A stretch of 63,149 bases of DNA, taken from a virus. Lineage: Duplodnaviria > Caudoviricetes. Below are positions 18,346 through 27,701 of the stretch, in pieces (positions within the stretch are counted from its first letter, which is position 1; every line of letters begins with the position of its first letter). The notes under the pieces are model-generated. The model was not told where the DNA came from. It did no database searches and saw only the letters and a program-made list of their open reading frames with translations. The stretch covers positions 1 to 63,149 of the IMG/VR virus record IMGVR_UViG_3300031965_000025. One strand, written 5' to 3'. The position numbers and the translations under genes are program-made.

Positions 18346-19167
18346 TCAGCCCACCCTCCGGGCTGTGCCCTCGGTGTAGAACGGGGTATCCCAGCCGGGG
18401 TCACCGTAGAAGCGGGTATCGCGCGCCTTCGCGACGCCGCTGAAATCGGGGTGCTCGAATACGACGCGACGCCCTGGCCTGATCGAGCCGTCGAGCAGTG
18501 CCCTGTATTCGATCGTGCCGTCTTTCTGGAGTTGCAGGTTCAGAAGGTTGCCGCTCTCGGTGCTGAGTACGGGTGCCACCTCGCCCGAATCACCATCATT
18601 TGGAATCGCCAGCAACGCGCCGTCACGCGTCGTTGCCGCAAAGCCAGCCATCAGACCCAGCCGATCGAGCACGCGGTCGACCTTGCCGCTTGCGTGAAAC
18701 CCGTTCCCGAACGTCAGTGTCGCAAGCTCAGCCGGCAAAGGCCCGAGCGGTATGGCGAGCTGCGTTGCCGCCGCCCGCATGATCTCGAGCCCTGTCGTTG
18801 GCCCGTCGAGCGAGAGATCGAGGTACGACACGGCGTATCTGTTCCCGGCATCGAGAGCCTGAATGTCGAGCGTCCGCGATCCCCCGTCGTGGTAGTACCT
18901 CGCGCCGACCTTGGGAATCGGGTTGCCGACAAAGATGAGCTTTGGCGTCGTGTACCCGGCCAACAGGCGCACGACTGCGCCCTTTCGCTGCGCTGCGCCG
19001 TACAGGTCGCGCGCTGCGCCCTTGATGGCAATCTGGCCCGCGTTGGGCTTGCCATCGAGCTTGAATGCGATGTCGAACACGATGGGCAGCCCCGTGATCG
19101 AGGTGGCAAGCTCGCCAGGCTGCCCGACGTCGAATACCACCTTTCGGCCGTGTAGCCGTTCGCTCAC
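18346..19167 (-). CDS. Baseplate hub protein
   Basis: VRLLAGY...IFVGN; ALLDGSIRPGRRV. Confidence 0.8.
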   Translation of the reverse strand: MSERLHGRKVVFDVGQPGELATSITGLPIVFDIAFKLDGKPNAGQIAIKGAARDLYGAAQRKGAVVRLLAGYTTPKLIFVGNPIPKVGARYYHDGGSRTLDIQALDAGNRYAVSYLDLSLDGPTTGLEIMRAAATQLAIPLGPLPAELATLTFGNGFHASGKVDRVLDRLGLMAGFAATTRDGALLAIPNDGDSGEVAPVLSTESGNLLNLQLQKDGTIEYRALLDGSIRPGRRVVFEHPDFSGVAKARDTRFYGDPGWDTPFYTEGTARRVG

Positions 19168-19535
19168 AGAAGCCTCACGCTGAACTCGGCTTCTAGTTCG
19201 TCGGCGGCGGCTTGCAGGAGCGCCGCGTACTCGTCTTCACTCAGGTAGTACAGCTCCACCGCACTTCCGAGGTCTGATTGCTGGTAGGGGTCGTCGGAGC
19301 CCGTGACGAAAAAGATCCCTCGCGGCGCACCAATGGCGCCGCGAGGGAACGGGATACCGCCCGGAGAGATACGGCGTCCCGAAATGATCGGCACCTCGGC
19401 AAGCGTCAGAAGGTCGACGTACCAGCCACCGAGCCGGTTGAGCCAGTAAAGGCGCAGGCGGTAGACCGCGCCGTCGAGCTGCACCGTCTGAATCGTGCGC
19501 GGGTGCTCGTTCGGTGTTGAGATCGCAATCATCAC
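19164..19535 (-). CDS. Baseplate protein (plug-like)
   Basis: QTVQLDGAVYRLRLYWLNRLGGWYVDL; synteny. Confidence 0.75.
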   Translation of the reverse strand: MMIAISTPNEHPRTIQTVQLDGAVYRLRLYWLNRLGGWYVDLLTLAEVPIISGRRISPGGIPFPRGAIGAPRGIFFVTGSDDPYQQSDLGSAVELYYLSEDEYAALLQAAADELEAEFSVRLL

Positions 19536-20128
19536 GAACCCGAGGGAAGGTTTTCGCCAATGTACTTGCCCGCGCGCTTGAGCATCGACTTTTGCACGGG
19601 TGCCGCCTTCTCCGCGGGCACGACGCGGGTAGGCTGCTCTCCGATGTCTTCGTCAGGCGGAAGGTCTGGCTTTGCGCGCGAGACGATGCGAGGCAACAGG
19701 GTTGTAGTGCGCCCGGCAAAGCCCGTGCGGCTGAACGTGAGACTAAACGGCGTCGACAGCGAGCGGGTCAGTTCGGTCGGCCACGCCGCGAGCTGGCAGT
19801 CTGTGATCGGGCGTCGGCGTGGTAGCTGTACCGTCACGTACTCGCCCACAATCGACTCGAGGAAGTCGGCCGCTGCCTCCTCGCGCCGCGGGTCTGCAAT
19901 CGCACCCACGGGCGCAAGCGCGCTCACACGCACCTGTACGGTGAAGTCGAGCGGCTCCTTGACCGCAGAGTCGTTCACCGTTCGCAGCGTGCCAGGGCCC
20001 GCGCCTGGGTCGACGGGGTGGCGCGGCAGAATCACGGTGTTCTGAAAGCTCGCGCTCTCGACGACATCGAGCACGATGAACGAGCCGTCTTCGCGCGTGA
20101 TCGTCAGTTCGCCGATTTGCACCGCCAT
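19532..20128 (-). CDS. Dit-like baseplate/tube initiator protein
   Basis: LDVVES...PRHPVD.G...VNDSAVKEP; follows the tape measure gene. Confidence 0.75.
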   Translation of the reverse strand: MAVQIGELTITREDGSFIVLDVVESASFQNTVILPRHPVDPGAGPGTLRTVNDSAVKEPLDFTVQVRVSALAPVGAIADPRREEAAADFLESIVGEYVTVQLPRRRPITDCQLAAWPTELTRSLSTPFSLTFSRTGFAGRTTTLLPRIVSRAKPDLPPDEDIGEQPTRVVPAEKAAPVQKSMLKRAGKYIGENLPSGS

Positions 20129-20130
20129 GG

Positions 20131-21912
20131 TTACCGCTCCCCGCCTTCGATCCGAGCGTACGCGAGTTGCAGGTTCTTGCGCTGCGCCTTCGTGACTTCC
20201 CGAGCGTTCGCGCTGGCGATCTGATCGGCCGTCGCGCCGCTTTGTGCGACCTGAGTCGAGACGTTCGTGTCGCCGAACACGAGATTGGTAGCCCGCTGCG
20301 CCGACTGCGTAAGGGCGAGCTGCCCGAGCGCCGGGAACAGCCCGGCAACACTTGCGGCGTTCGCCGCCCGGCTGCCTTCGAGGGCGAGCTTACCAAGGGG
20401 CAGGGACCGGATCTTGTCGACCAGGACTTGCACGCGATCAATCACGCCCTGCACAGAGTCGCGGACGGTGCCGGCCCACCCCATGATCGCACCCTCGCCC
20501 ACCTTGAGCGCTGCCGTGATCGCGTCGAGGGTGTCGGCCCAATTCTCGAACTTGAGGGCCGTTTCATCGAGTTCGACGCCGAGAAAGTCAGCAATGAGCC
20601 CGGCAATCATCGTGACGCCCTCGACCAGCTTGTCGATGATGGGCCCCGCGATCGTCCAAATGACGTTGAACGCCAGCGGAACAGCCGTACTCAGGAAGTT
20701 CGCGACTGACTTCGCAAGCTCCCACGTCGACTCGAGCCCGCGCGCGATGCTTCCGAAGATACCCTCCTGGCCGCGCCATGCGTCGAGGAAGTCTTTGGTA
20801 TAGCTCTCGCCGCCCTGGAGCCCGGTAATGAGGTCGTCGATACCGAGGGCGAGCGCTGTTACGATCGCGACGATCGCAATGATCTTGATGAACGCGATCG
20901 CACCAATGGCCATCAGCGTTTTGGCAACGGGCACGATCAGAAGCAACGTCGCGCGAAGCTTGAAAAAGCCAGCGAGCAGGCCACCCGCCACGAACACCGA
21001 CGCGATCGCGCGCAGCACGGGCTCCCAGCCGCCGAACTTCTCCTTTACGATCTTGTCGAGTTCGATGAACTCGAGCCGCAGCCGGCGTGCGATCTTCCGC
21101 ACCTTTTCGATCCACGCCTCGATACGCGATCTGATCAGGGCTCGGTTTGCCTTGAGCCAATCGAGCGAACGATTGACGAGCCCTTGCAGCGCTGGCATGA
21201 GCGCTACAACGATCTGTGTCTTGAACCCGGCCCATGAGCGCTTGAGGCGTTCGAGGTCGTCGTTGAACTGCTCCATTGCGGCGGCGTCTTCGGAGCTGAG
21301 CACGAAGCCAAGCTCCCGAGCCTCTTCGCGTAGGGCGCGAAGCCCTTCGGCGCCCTCGTTGAGCAGAGGTAGCAGCTTCGCGCCAGACCGCCCAAACAGG
21401 TCGTTTGCGAGCGCTACCTTGAGCGTCTCGTTTTCCGTCTTGGCGAGCTTGTCGGCGATCTCCTCGAAAAGCTCCATCTGGCCGCGGATCTCGCCCTTCG
21501 AGTCTTTCGCATTCACCCCAAGCTTCTTGAATGCGTCGGCCGCTGGCCCCGTGCCTTTGGTCGCCACGTCATAGGCGTTCTTTCCGAGCCGCCGGAAAGA
21601 GGTCTTGATGTCGCTCATCTCGGCGCCCGCGAGGTTCGCGGCGTACGTCAGTTCCTGCACCTCTTCTGTTGTGAGCCCGATTTGTTGAGCGGCCTTGGCT
21701 GCGTCATCGGCGGCGCCTGCGATCTGCGTCACCCACCGCCCGAGCGCTACCGCCGCGCCCGTGGCGACCCCAGCGACAGCACTGAACGCGACCGCGAGCC
21801 CCTTGGCGAGCCCCTTGGCGAGCTTTCCAACGAGCTGGTCGGCGGCCTTCCACGTCTTTTCGTCGACGTCGAGCCCGAGCCTGACCAGGAATTCGCGAAG
21901 TACGTCAGCCAT
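20131..21912 (-). CDS. Tail tape measure protein
   Basis: LREFLVRLGLDVD; LFGRSGAKLLPLLNEGAEGL; helical, Ala-rich. Confidence 0.92.
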   Translation of the reverse strand: MADVLREFLVRLGLDVDEKTWKAADQLVGKLAKGLAKGLAVAFSAVAGVATGAAVALGRWVTQIAGAADDAAKAAQQIGLTTEEVQELTYAANLAGAEMSDIKTSFRRLGKNAYDVATKGTGPAADAFKKLGVNAKDSKGEIRGQMELFEEIADKLAKTENETLKVALANDLFGRSGAKLLPLLNEGAEGLRALREEARELGFVLSSEDAAAMEQFNDDLERLKRSWAGFKTQIVVALMPALQGLVNRSLDWLKANRALIRSRIEAWIEKVRKIARRLRLEFIELDKIVKEKFGGWEPVLRAIASVFVAGGLLAGFFKLRATLLLIVPVAKTLMAIGAIAFIKIIAIVAIVTALALGIDDLITGLQGGESYTKDFLDAWRGQEGIFGSIARGLESTWELAKSVANFLSTAVPLAFNVIWTIAGPIIDKLVEGVTMIAGLIADFLGVELDETALKFENWADTLDAITAALKVGEGAIMGWAGTVRDSVQGVIDRVQVLVDKIRSLPLGKLALEGSRAANAASVAGLFPALGQLALTQSAQRATNLVFGDTNVSTQVAQSGATADQIASANAREVTKAQRKNLQLAYARIEGGER

Positions 21913-22180
21913 GGTTCTTAAACCTTGCCGTCAACTCGGCCTGGTAAGCCTCGTCAGCGGCGAGTCGCCATTCGGCGAAGCGAAGGGCAGAGGCGATATG
22001 CCCGATCGACCACGTGCGTTCAATCGTCACGGGGTCGACGTGAAAGAGGCCCGTCAGGGCGACCCGGTAAGTGAGCCCTCGGGCGATGGGTGTCCCTCGG
22101 AGATAGGCTGAGTGCGGGTCGCGGGGGGCGTCAGGCTCACCCTCTTGCTTAACCCCTTGCTCAGCCCAGAGAACAAAAAA
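21905..22180 (-). CDS. -1 frameshift extension of the tail assembly chaperone (gpGT-like)
   Basis: Slippery T TTT TTG at 22180-22174; ATG-less -1 frame stays open to a stop overlapping the tape measure start. Confidence 0.75.
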   Translation of the reverse strand, partial: FFVLWAEQGVKQEGEPDAPRDPHSAYLRGTPIARGLTYRVALTGLFHVDPVTIERTWSIGHIASALRFAEWRLAADEAYQAELTARFKNHG

Positions 22181-22692
22181 TCGAGGAACCCGTTGAGCTG
22201 AACGATGCGCACCATTGCGCTCCGAAGCTCGGCGTAGTTCGCCATGTAGGCCCGGTTGAAGTGGCCCTCGGCCTTCAGTTCGCAGCCGTCGCGCAGCGTC
22301 AGGGCGAACAGGTCAGAGAGCAGACCGTCCTCTTCGCACGCAATGAGCACGTCGAAAATGCCCTCTATCAGCGCCATGGCGTCGAGCTTGACCTCCCCTG
22401 TGCCGTTCAACACGGCACCCATCATGATCTCCTTGAGCCGCTCTTCGAAGTCGACCCCCTCCTCGCCGCCGTTCAGGTAGCTCTTCACGAGCACTGCCAG
22501 GTTGTTCTCGACGAGACTCGAAAGGGCTGCGCCCCCAGCCTTCGAGAGGCGCAGGCACAAGGGCAAAGCCCTTTTGGGCGGGTGATACGTCAGGCGATAC
22601 AGGTGCACGTTGCCGGCTGCGTCAGCCAGCTCGAACGTTTCCGTGTGCTCCTGTAGGTGATGCGGCGAGGGCATCGGGTAGTCAGCGCTCAT
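22054..22692 (-). CDS. Tail assembly chaperone
   Basis: Between tube and tape measure; HFNRAYMANYAEL...LNGFLDF. Confidence 0.8.
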   Translation of the reverse strand: MSADYPMPSPHHLQEHTETFELADAAGNVHLYRLTYHPPKRALPLCLRLSKAGGAALSSLVENNLAVLVKSYLNGGEEGVDFEERLKEIMMGAVLNGTGEVKLDAMALIEGIFDVLIACEEDGLLSDLFALTLRDGCELKAEGHFNRAYMANYAELRSAMVRIVQLNGFLDFLFSGLSKGLSKRVSLTPPATRTQPISEGHPSPEGSLTGSP

Positions 22693-22729
22693 CGTCTCTC
22701 CGGTTGCTGAGCGAGGGTTGTTGCGGGCC

Positions 22730-23224
22730 TTACACGCCTACGAGCAGTCCGGCCCCGCGAATGATCTGGTCTTTGGCGTTCGGCAAGCCGAGCCGGAAGA
22801 CCTGATCGGACTTCGATTTCATCTTGGACGGCAGACTCCCGCTGATGAACCCCGCGGCGGGCTCCGTGAGGGCGTCGAGGTTCGCTCGGTCGAGCATGTT
22901 CACCGAGATTGGCAAGAACTGCGCAAGCGCTCGCGTCTTGCGCTTCCAATCGAGGTACATTTGACCGAGCAGGCGGTATGCCTGTGACGTCGGCGTGAGC
23001 GTCAGGTTGAGGTACGCAAGGTCGTTCTCGTTCCCCACGTAGCTCGGGAAGCCACCCGCGCCCATGATGAAATCGCCGTCGTCTTCGGCAAACTCGAGTT
23101 CGAACCCGCCGTCATCGCCCCACGCTCGCCCGATGCTCACGAAGGCTGCCGCGCTCACCAGAAGAGGGCAGGCGATGGCGACCTCCACGGCCCCGAGTGT
23201 GTAGTAACCAGCTTTGAAGGCCAT
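22730..23224 (-). CDS. Tail tube protein
   Basis: Follows the sheath; LNLTLTPTS motif. Confidence 0.7.
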   Translation of the reverse strand: MAFKAGYYTLGAVEVAIACPLLVSAAAFVSIGRAWGDDGGFELEFAEDDGDFIMGAGGFPSYVGNENDLAYLNLTLTPTSQAYRLLGQMYLDWKRKTRALAQFLPISVNMLDRANLDALTEPAAGFISGSLPSKMKSKSDQVFRLGLPNAKDQIIRGAGLLVGV

Positions 23225-23226
23225 GC

Positions 23227-24288
23227 TTACGCTCCTGCGGTAAGGTCGACGGTGAAGCTCACGATCCGCCCGTCGACGAGATAATCGATCGAGCCCTGAA
23301 CCCTGACGCGTCGCAAGATGAGGTCGGTCGCCGTGTTTGCCGGGTATGTGACCTCGCCTCGCACGAAGTGGCCTTTCGCGGAGCCCTCTTCGATCAGTTG
23401 CTTGAGGATACCGCCGACGTCGACCTGATGCCCCGGCGTGACGCCCACAGCCTGAAGCTGGTTCGACTTCGTGATGATGTACGAATACGTGCGCTCACGA
23501 AGCCTGGCGCGCAGCCAGTCTTTCATGATGTTCACGCGCAGCGTGCGGCCCGCCATGTTGACGCCCGCGTCTAGCCACGTGCTCGACTCGCCGAACTCGC
23601 CGAATACGTTGATGTCGTTCGCGATGGCGAGCAACCGTTGCCCTGTCGTCAACGGCGTTGTGTAGGCCGCGACACCGCCCACGTTCATCGTCCACGGCGC
23701 GCTGAAGCTGTCTGGGTCTTGCAGGCCCGCGCCCAGCGCCGCGAAGTCGAGAGCCGCGGTGGTCACGTCGTGATAGACGCCTGCGCAACGCTCGAGATCC
23801 ACGAGGTCGGCGTAAGCGGCGGGAACGCCCGAAGTGAGCCAATCGGCGCTGTCCGACTGGAACATGAAGAGCGCCTCACCCTCGGCCTCGATCGCGACGC
23901 CCACCGCTTCGGCGATCGCGCCGTCTGTGTGTTCCTGAATCGCGTAGCCGTAGAAACCGGGGTCGGCCGCGCGGATCAGAGCGAGTGCGGTTGCGTACGT
24001 CTCGCCGCCCACGAGGTCGACATACCCGGCTTTGACGATGGGTGGGCGCGGACGGTTCGATTGCGACAGCGCAGCGGAGAGCTGCGCGGCCGTCGTGGCG
24101 CTGATGAACCCCGCCGTTTCGTCGTCGGTGACATCGGCCGATTCAGCGTAGGAACGAACGCGATCGCCGTCGAGGCTGTTGGTCGCGAGCGGTACCGCGA
24201 GCAACGGCACCTGAAACTCAGGGCCCGCGGCGGGCGGGCTGTCGAGGGTTACCGCTACTGTGACGTTGGGGTCGTGGGTTGTGACCAT
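23227..24288 (-). CDS. Tail sheath protein (DUF3383-like)
   Basis: RVRSY; IMKDWLRARLRE; ..RRVRVQGSIDY. Confidence 0.75.
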   Translation of the reverse strand: MVTTHDPNVTVAVTLDSPPAAGPEFQVPLLAVPLATNSLDGDRVRSYAESADVTDDETAGFISATTAAQLSAALSQSNRPRPPIVKAGYVDLVGGETYATALALIRAADPGFYGYAIQEHTDGAIAEAVGVAIEAEGEALFMFQSDSADWLTSGVPAAYADLVDLERCAGVYHDVTTAALDFAALGAGLQDPDSFSAPWTMNVGGVAAYTTPLTTGQRLLAIANDINVFGEFGESSTWLDAGVNMAGRTLRVNIMKDWLRARLRERTYSYIITKSNQLQAVGVTPGHQVDVGGILKQLIEEGSAKGHFVRGEVTYPANTATDLILRRVRVQGSIDYLVDGRIVSFTVDLTAGA

Positions 24289-24291
24289 GAT

Positions 24292-24807
24292 CTAGCCTAC
24301 CTTTCGTGCGGTTAGTACCGCGGTGGCCCACGTGATGTTGGCGCCACCGGCTTCGCTCGAATTCACGAGCACTGTTACCTTTTGCCCTGCCGTCACTACC
24401 GCGATCGCGCCCAACGATACATGGTGCGAATTCCCCGCGCCATCCGTGACTGCTGATTGCACGAGCCCAAGCCCAACGCCATCGAGCGCCAGGTCGTAGA
24501 ACCACCCCGTATCGGCGGGCCCTGTGCCCGTGAACTGCGCGCGCAGCTCGTACGTACCCGCGATGTCGAGCGTGATCGAGTCGTCGGCACTGTCGCCTGT
24601 AGCGTTGTCTTCGGGCCCGACATCATCGAACGCTTCGGCCTTGACGGCGGCGGTCGTGACCCCGGCCTGCGCCTCTGCGGTACCAGAGATCATGCCGTAG
24701 CAGCCGAGATAGGTATCGACCCCGTCGCGCAGATCTTCGGGCCCGATCGCCCCCGTCTGATTGTCGGGGTACAGGTCGAGCAACTCGGCTTTGGTTCGGG
24801 CCGTCAT
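24292..24807 (-). CDS. Virion structural protein (jelly-roll-like)
   Basis: YPDNQTGAIGPEDLRD; ITLDIAGTYEL. Confidence 0.65.
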   Translation of the reverse strand: MTARTKAELLDLYPDNQTGAIGPEDLRDGVDTYLGCYGMISGTAEAQAGVTTAAVKAEAFDDVGPEDNATGDSADDSITLDIAGTYELRAQFTGTGPADTGWFYDLALDGVGLGLVQSAVTDGAGNSHHVSLGAIAVVTAGQKVTVLVNSSEAGGANITWATAVLTARKVG

Positions 24808-25388
24808 GCGAATGCCTCGTCAGCAAAGCCGAAGTCGAACCCGTCGCCAGAGACTACGAGGTCGGCGGGCACCGGATCTAGGCCGTCGTCACCCTGAAGC
24901 GTGAGTTCGAAGCTCACCATCGCAGCAACAGGCCCCGTGCCTGCCGCCAGGGTGCGCTCTTCGATGAAACCGACGCGCAGCTCTCGAAACACGCGCGTCT
25001 CCCACTCGCCCTCGTATTGCTGGTTCACTTCGAGCGCGGCGCCCATGTCGTCGACCGTGAGGTTCTGCGCGAACAGGTAGCCGTCGACGTCATCGCGAGC
25101 GCGGGTGATCTCCAGCTCGTCAATGAGTGCTGCGCCGTCGTCGCCGTAGCCCCAGAGCTGAACTACCGCCGTCCGCGCGCCGCGAATGATGACGGAGCCG
25201 TCAGCCTGCAGGAGCTTTTCGTCGAAGGGCTGCGCGCGGAGCTGGCGCTGAGGGATTCGAACGCCGATGAACGACAGCGGACCTCGCACGTTCAGGCCGC
25301 GCATCGGCTTGACCTCGAGCGCCGATACGAGCGCGAGCCAGCCCTTGATGATGCGGAACACGAGGCGTGTCGATTCGTTGTCGAGCAT
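24804..25388 (-). CDS. Neck/tail terminator protein
   Basis: Synteny; GARTAVVQLWGYG. Confidence 0.65.
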   Translation of the reverse strand: MLDNESTRLVFRIIKGWLALVSALEVKPMRGLNVRGPLSFIGVRIPQRQLRAQPFDEKLLQADGSVIIRGARTAVVQLWGYGDDGAALIDELEITRARDDVDGYLFAQNLTVDDMGAALEVNQQYEGEWETRVFRELRVGFIEERTLAAGTGPVAAMVSFELTLQGDDGLDPVPADLVVSGDGFDFGFADEAFA

Positions 25389-25732
25389 TACAGCCGCCTC
25401 GTCAGGTAGACTTCGGCGTGAATGTGGCCGGTGGTGTACGCCTCGACCTTCACGACGCGGTACCGCTGGCCCCCAAAAGTGACCTCGTCGGCGGGCAGCT
25501 CGTTGGCTTCGTCGAGCGGGCGGGGCTCGGTGTACAGCGTCGTGTCGATGTAGAGCATCTTTTCGATGCCCTCGCCCATCAGGTCTTCAGGGATCTGACG
25601 CTGCGTAGCGGGCTGAAAGCTCCCCGCGATCGCCTCGGTGGTCTCGCCCGCCTTGCCCGTGACGATGCCGTCAGCGTCGGCCGTGTAGCCTGTGAAGCGG
25701 TGCAGGGTGCCGGCTTCTGGAAACAAGATCAC
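25388..25732 (-). CDS. Head closure/adaptor protein
   Basis: GSFQPA...IPE; ADEVTFGGQRYRVV. Confidence 0.7.
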   Translation of the reverse strand: MILFPEAGTLHRFTGYTADADGIVTGKAGETTEAIAGSFQPATQRQIPEDLMGEGIEKMLYIDTTLYTEPRPLDEANELPADEVTFGGQRYRVVKVEAYTTGHIHAEVYLTRRL

Positions 25733-26181
25733 TTCGCCACCAGCTTGTAATTCACCTCGCGCAGCATTTCGTCGGAGTCGATGAGGGGGTTTGAGCTGCC
25801 CTTCTTGGCGATGGTGCTCGGCGCGTTGGGCGGCGTGTCGATCTCGACGATCCGCTTTCGCATGATTGCCTGCCCCTTGATGCCGATGGCGTTGAGTGCG
25901 TCATTGACGCTCTTCTTTCCGTCGAGCGCCAACCCGACTTGGCGCTGCGTGAAGTCGATCAGCTCGTCTTTGTGCACGACGAACGCGGTCGTTGCAAACG
26001 GGCGAGCCGGCGCGTTGACGGTTCCGAACTCGTTCCAGATAGCCTTGTTGAGCACGTGCTCGCCCGACTCGGGAAAGATGCCCACCTGAACCTCTTCGTT
26101 GCCCAGATCGAGCATGGAGCGGCGCATGCGATCGTACCCACGATCGCGCACCGTCACACCGCCTTTGGGCTTGAGCTTCAC
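25729..26181 (-). CDS. Neck/tail completion protein
   Basis: AIWNEFGT..APARPF; PPNAPSTIAKKGSSNPLIDS. Confidence 0.8.
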   Translation of the reverse strand: MKLKPKGGVTVRDRGYDRMRRSMLDLGNEEVQVGIFPESGEHVLNKAIWNEFGTVNAPARPFATTAFVVHKDELIDFTQRQVGLALDGKKSVNDALNAIGIKGQAIMRKRIVEIDTPPNAPSTIAKKGSSNPLIDSDEMLREVNYKLVAK

Positions 26182-26450
26182 GGCTTCTTCTCCTTCGCTG
26201 CCTCGGCGGCGGCCTTGGCCTTTGCCTTCTCGCTTTCGGCGATCGCCTTCTCGCGGTCGGTGCGCGCCTTTTTGGCCGCCTGGCGCAGTTGCTTCGCCTC
26301 CTCCCTTGGCACGTGGCGCAGCACGATGCCTGCGCCAGCCTTGCGCATGAGGGTGACGTAACTCTTGGTGACGATGCCTTTCCACCCCGCGGGGCGCTTG
26401 CGCCCAGCAATGGTCATGGGCTCGTACAACTCGATCTCGTACTCTTCCAT
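26178..26450 (-). CDS. Hypothetical protein
   Basis: Coupled ORF with a Lys/Ala-rich tail. Confidence 0.65.
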   Translation of the reverse strand: MEEYEIELYEPMTIAGRKRPAGWKGIVTKSYVTLMRKAGAGIVLRHVPREEAKQLRQAAKKARTDREKAIAESEKAKAKAAAEAAKEKKP

Positions 26451-26935
26451 CAGTCGCCTCCCTTGGTCTCGGCCTCGATGATCCGTTCTACGAGCGCCCT
26501 CTTTGCGCCAGACGCCTTGAGCCCAAGCTCCCGCGCGACGTCGCGCAGCTTGGCTGCCGACATGAGTTCGAGGTCGCCTCGGCGTTCGAATTGAGCCTCG
26601 TACCGCTCCATGTCACTCAGGCTCGCGCGCTCAGAAGCACTCAGAAGCCAGCGGGCGCCGTTCTCTTCGTCGGCCTCACCCTCAGACGTGGAATCGCTCT
26701 CGCGCGAAACGGGGCCCGCTGCGTGCGCCTCGGCTGGCGTTTCCGACGATGCGGCAACCTCGGCCTTGGTGACGGGCGCAGGTTCGCAGCGTCTCGAGCG
26801 CGCGAGCGCATCGCCAAGGTGCTTGGGCAACCACACGAGGGCGCCAGGGTCGAGGTCTTCGCCTGTGACGTTCAGGGGCTCACCGACCACGCGGTAGCGG
26901 TGCTTGGTATCGGTGCTCTGTCGGGCGCGTCTCAT
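26450..26935 (-). CDS. Protein with C-terminal SAP-like DNA-binding domain
   Basis: LELMSAAKLRDVARELGLKASGAKRALVERI. Confidence 0.7.
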   Translation of the reverse strand: MRRARQSTDTKHRYRVVGEPLNVTGEDLDPGALVWLPKHLGDALARSRRCEPAPVTKAEVAASSETPAEAHAAGPVSRESDSTSEGEADEENGARWLLSASERASLSDMERYEAQFERRGDLELMSAAKLRDVARELGLKASGAKRALVERIIEAETKGGD

Positions 26936-27315
26936 TCAGTTCCTTTGACCACCATCACCCCGGGGTTGGGGCTGATACGAAGTAGCTCCTGATACTCGAG
27001 CCCATACGGGGTGGCGTCGAGGGTTCCGCCCGAGCTGCCAGACCCACCGCCCGTCGACCCGTAGCTCACCGAGACGCGGCCCGTCGTCATAGACGTAATG
27101 GCGCCCGCTGCGGCCACAGCACCCGAGGCTTGTGCGCGCCTTGTCAGTTCCAACAAGTGCGCCGCGAGAAACAGGGCGGCTTCGGTGTACAGCGTGCCCC
27201 AAGCGGTGGCGTCCATTCGTGCCGCGGCCTGCGCAATCTTCGTGGTGACGAGTGCATCAGACTGCGCGGTGAACTCAGGGAAGCGGTCGCGGAACAGCTC
27301 CAGGCTTGTGGCCAC
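26932..27315 (-). CDS. Head-tail adaptor (DUF4054)
   Basis: FRDRFPEF...LFLAAHLL...VSVSY...TPYGLEY. Confidence 0.85.
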   Translation of the reverse strand: MATSLELFRDRFPEFTAQSDALVTTKIAQAAARMDATAWGTLYTEAALFLAAHLLELTRRAQASGAVAAAGAITSMTTGRVSVSYGSTGGGSGSSGGTLDATPYGLEYQELLRISPNPGVMVVKGTE

Positions 27316-27318
27316 GTC

Positions 27319-27585
27319 TTACCCCGTCGCGACGCCGCGCTCTCGGAGCGTGCCGTCTTCGACCCGCTTCTGAATGGGCACGAGGTCTCGTGCGCGAGCC
27401 CACTCGGCCGCGTCGACGACGTTGTGCCCTGGAAAGATGTCGAGCCACACCCGCTTGGGGTCGCTGATCAGCTTGCCGGTCGCCTTGTCGCGCTGGCGCA
27501 TGTCGATGCGCAACGGCGCTGACATGCTGCTCTCGATGATCAGGCCCTTGCCATCGGCAATCGGCGCTTTGGGTTTCTGTGCCAT
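27319..27585 (-). CDS. Small protein downstream of the capsid gene
   Basis: GGAG SD; IFPGHNVVD..EW. Confidence 0.7.
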   Translation of the reverse strand: MAQKPKAPIADGKGLIIESSMSAPLRIDMRQRDKATGKLISDPKRVWLDIFPGHNVVDAAEWARARDLVPIQKRVEDGTLRERGVATG

Positions 27586-27613
27586 GGTGGTCTCCGGTGA
27601 TTCGCGTTGATGC

Positions 27614-27687
27614 CGCGAAGTGAGGCCCGGACGGTGCCGGCACGTGGGGGGTCGTTCGTATCGAGCGCCCGGCCCTCACTTCGGGGC
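27614..27687 (-). other. Long stem-loop after the major capsid gene (terminator or processing site)
   Basis: CGAAGTGAGG-c-CCGG...CCGG-c-CCTCACTTCG arms; no clear U-tract. Confidence 0.5.
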
Positions 27688-27701
27688 ATCAGCCCCGGCT
27701 A

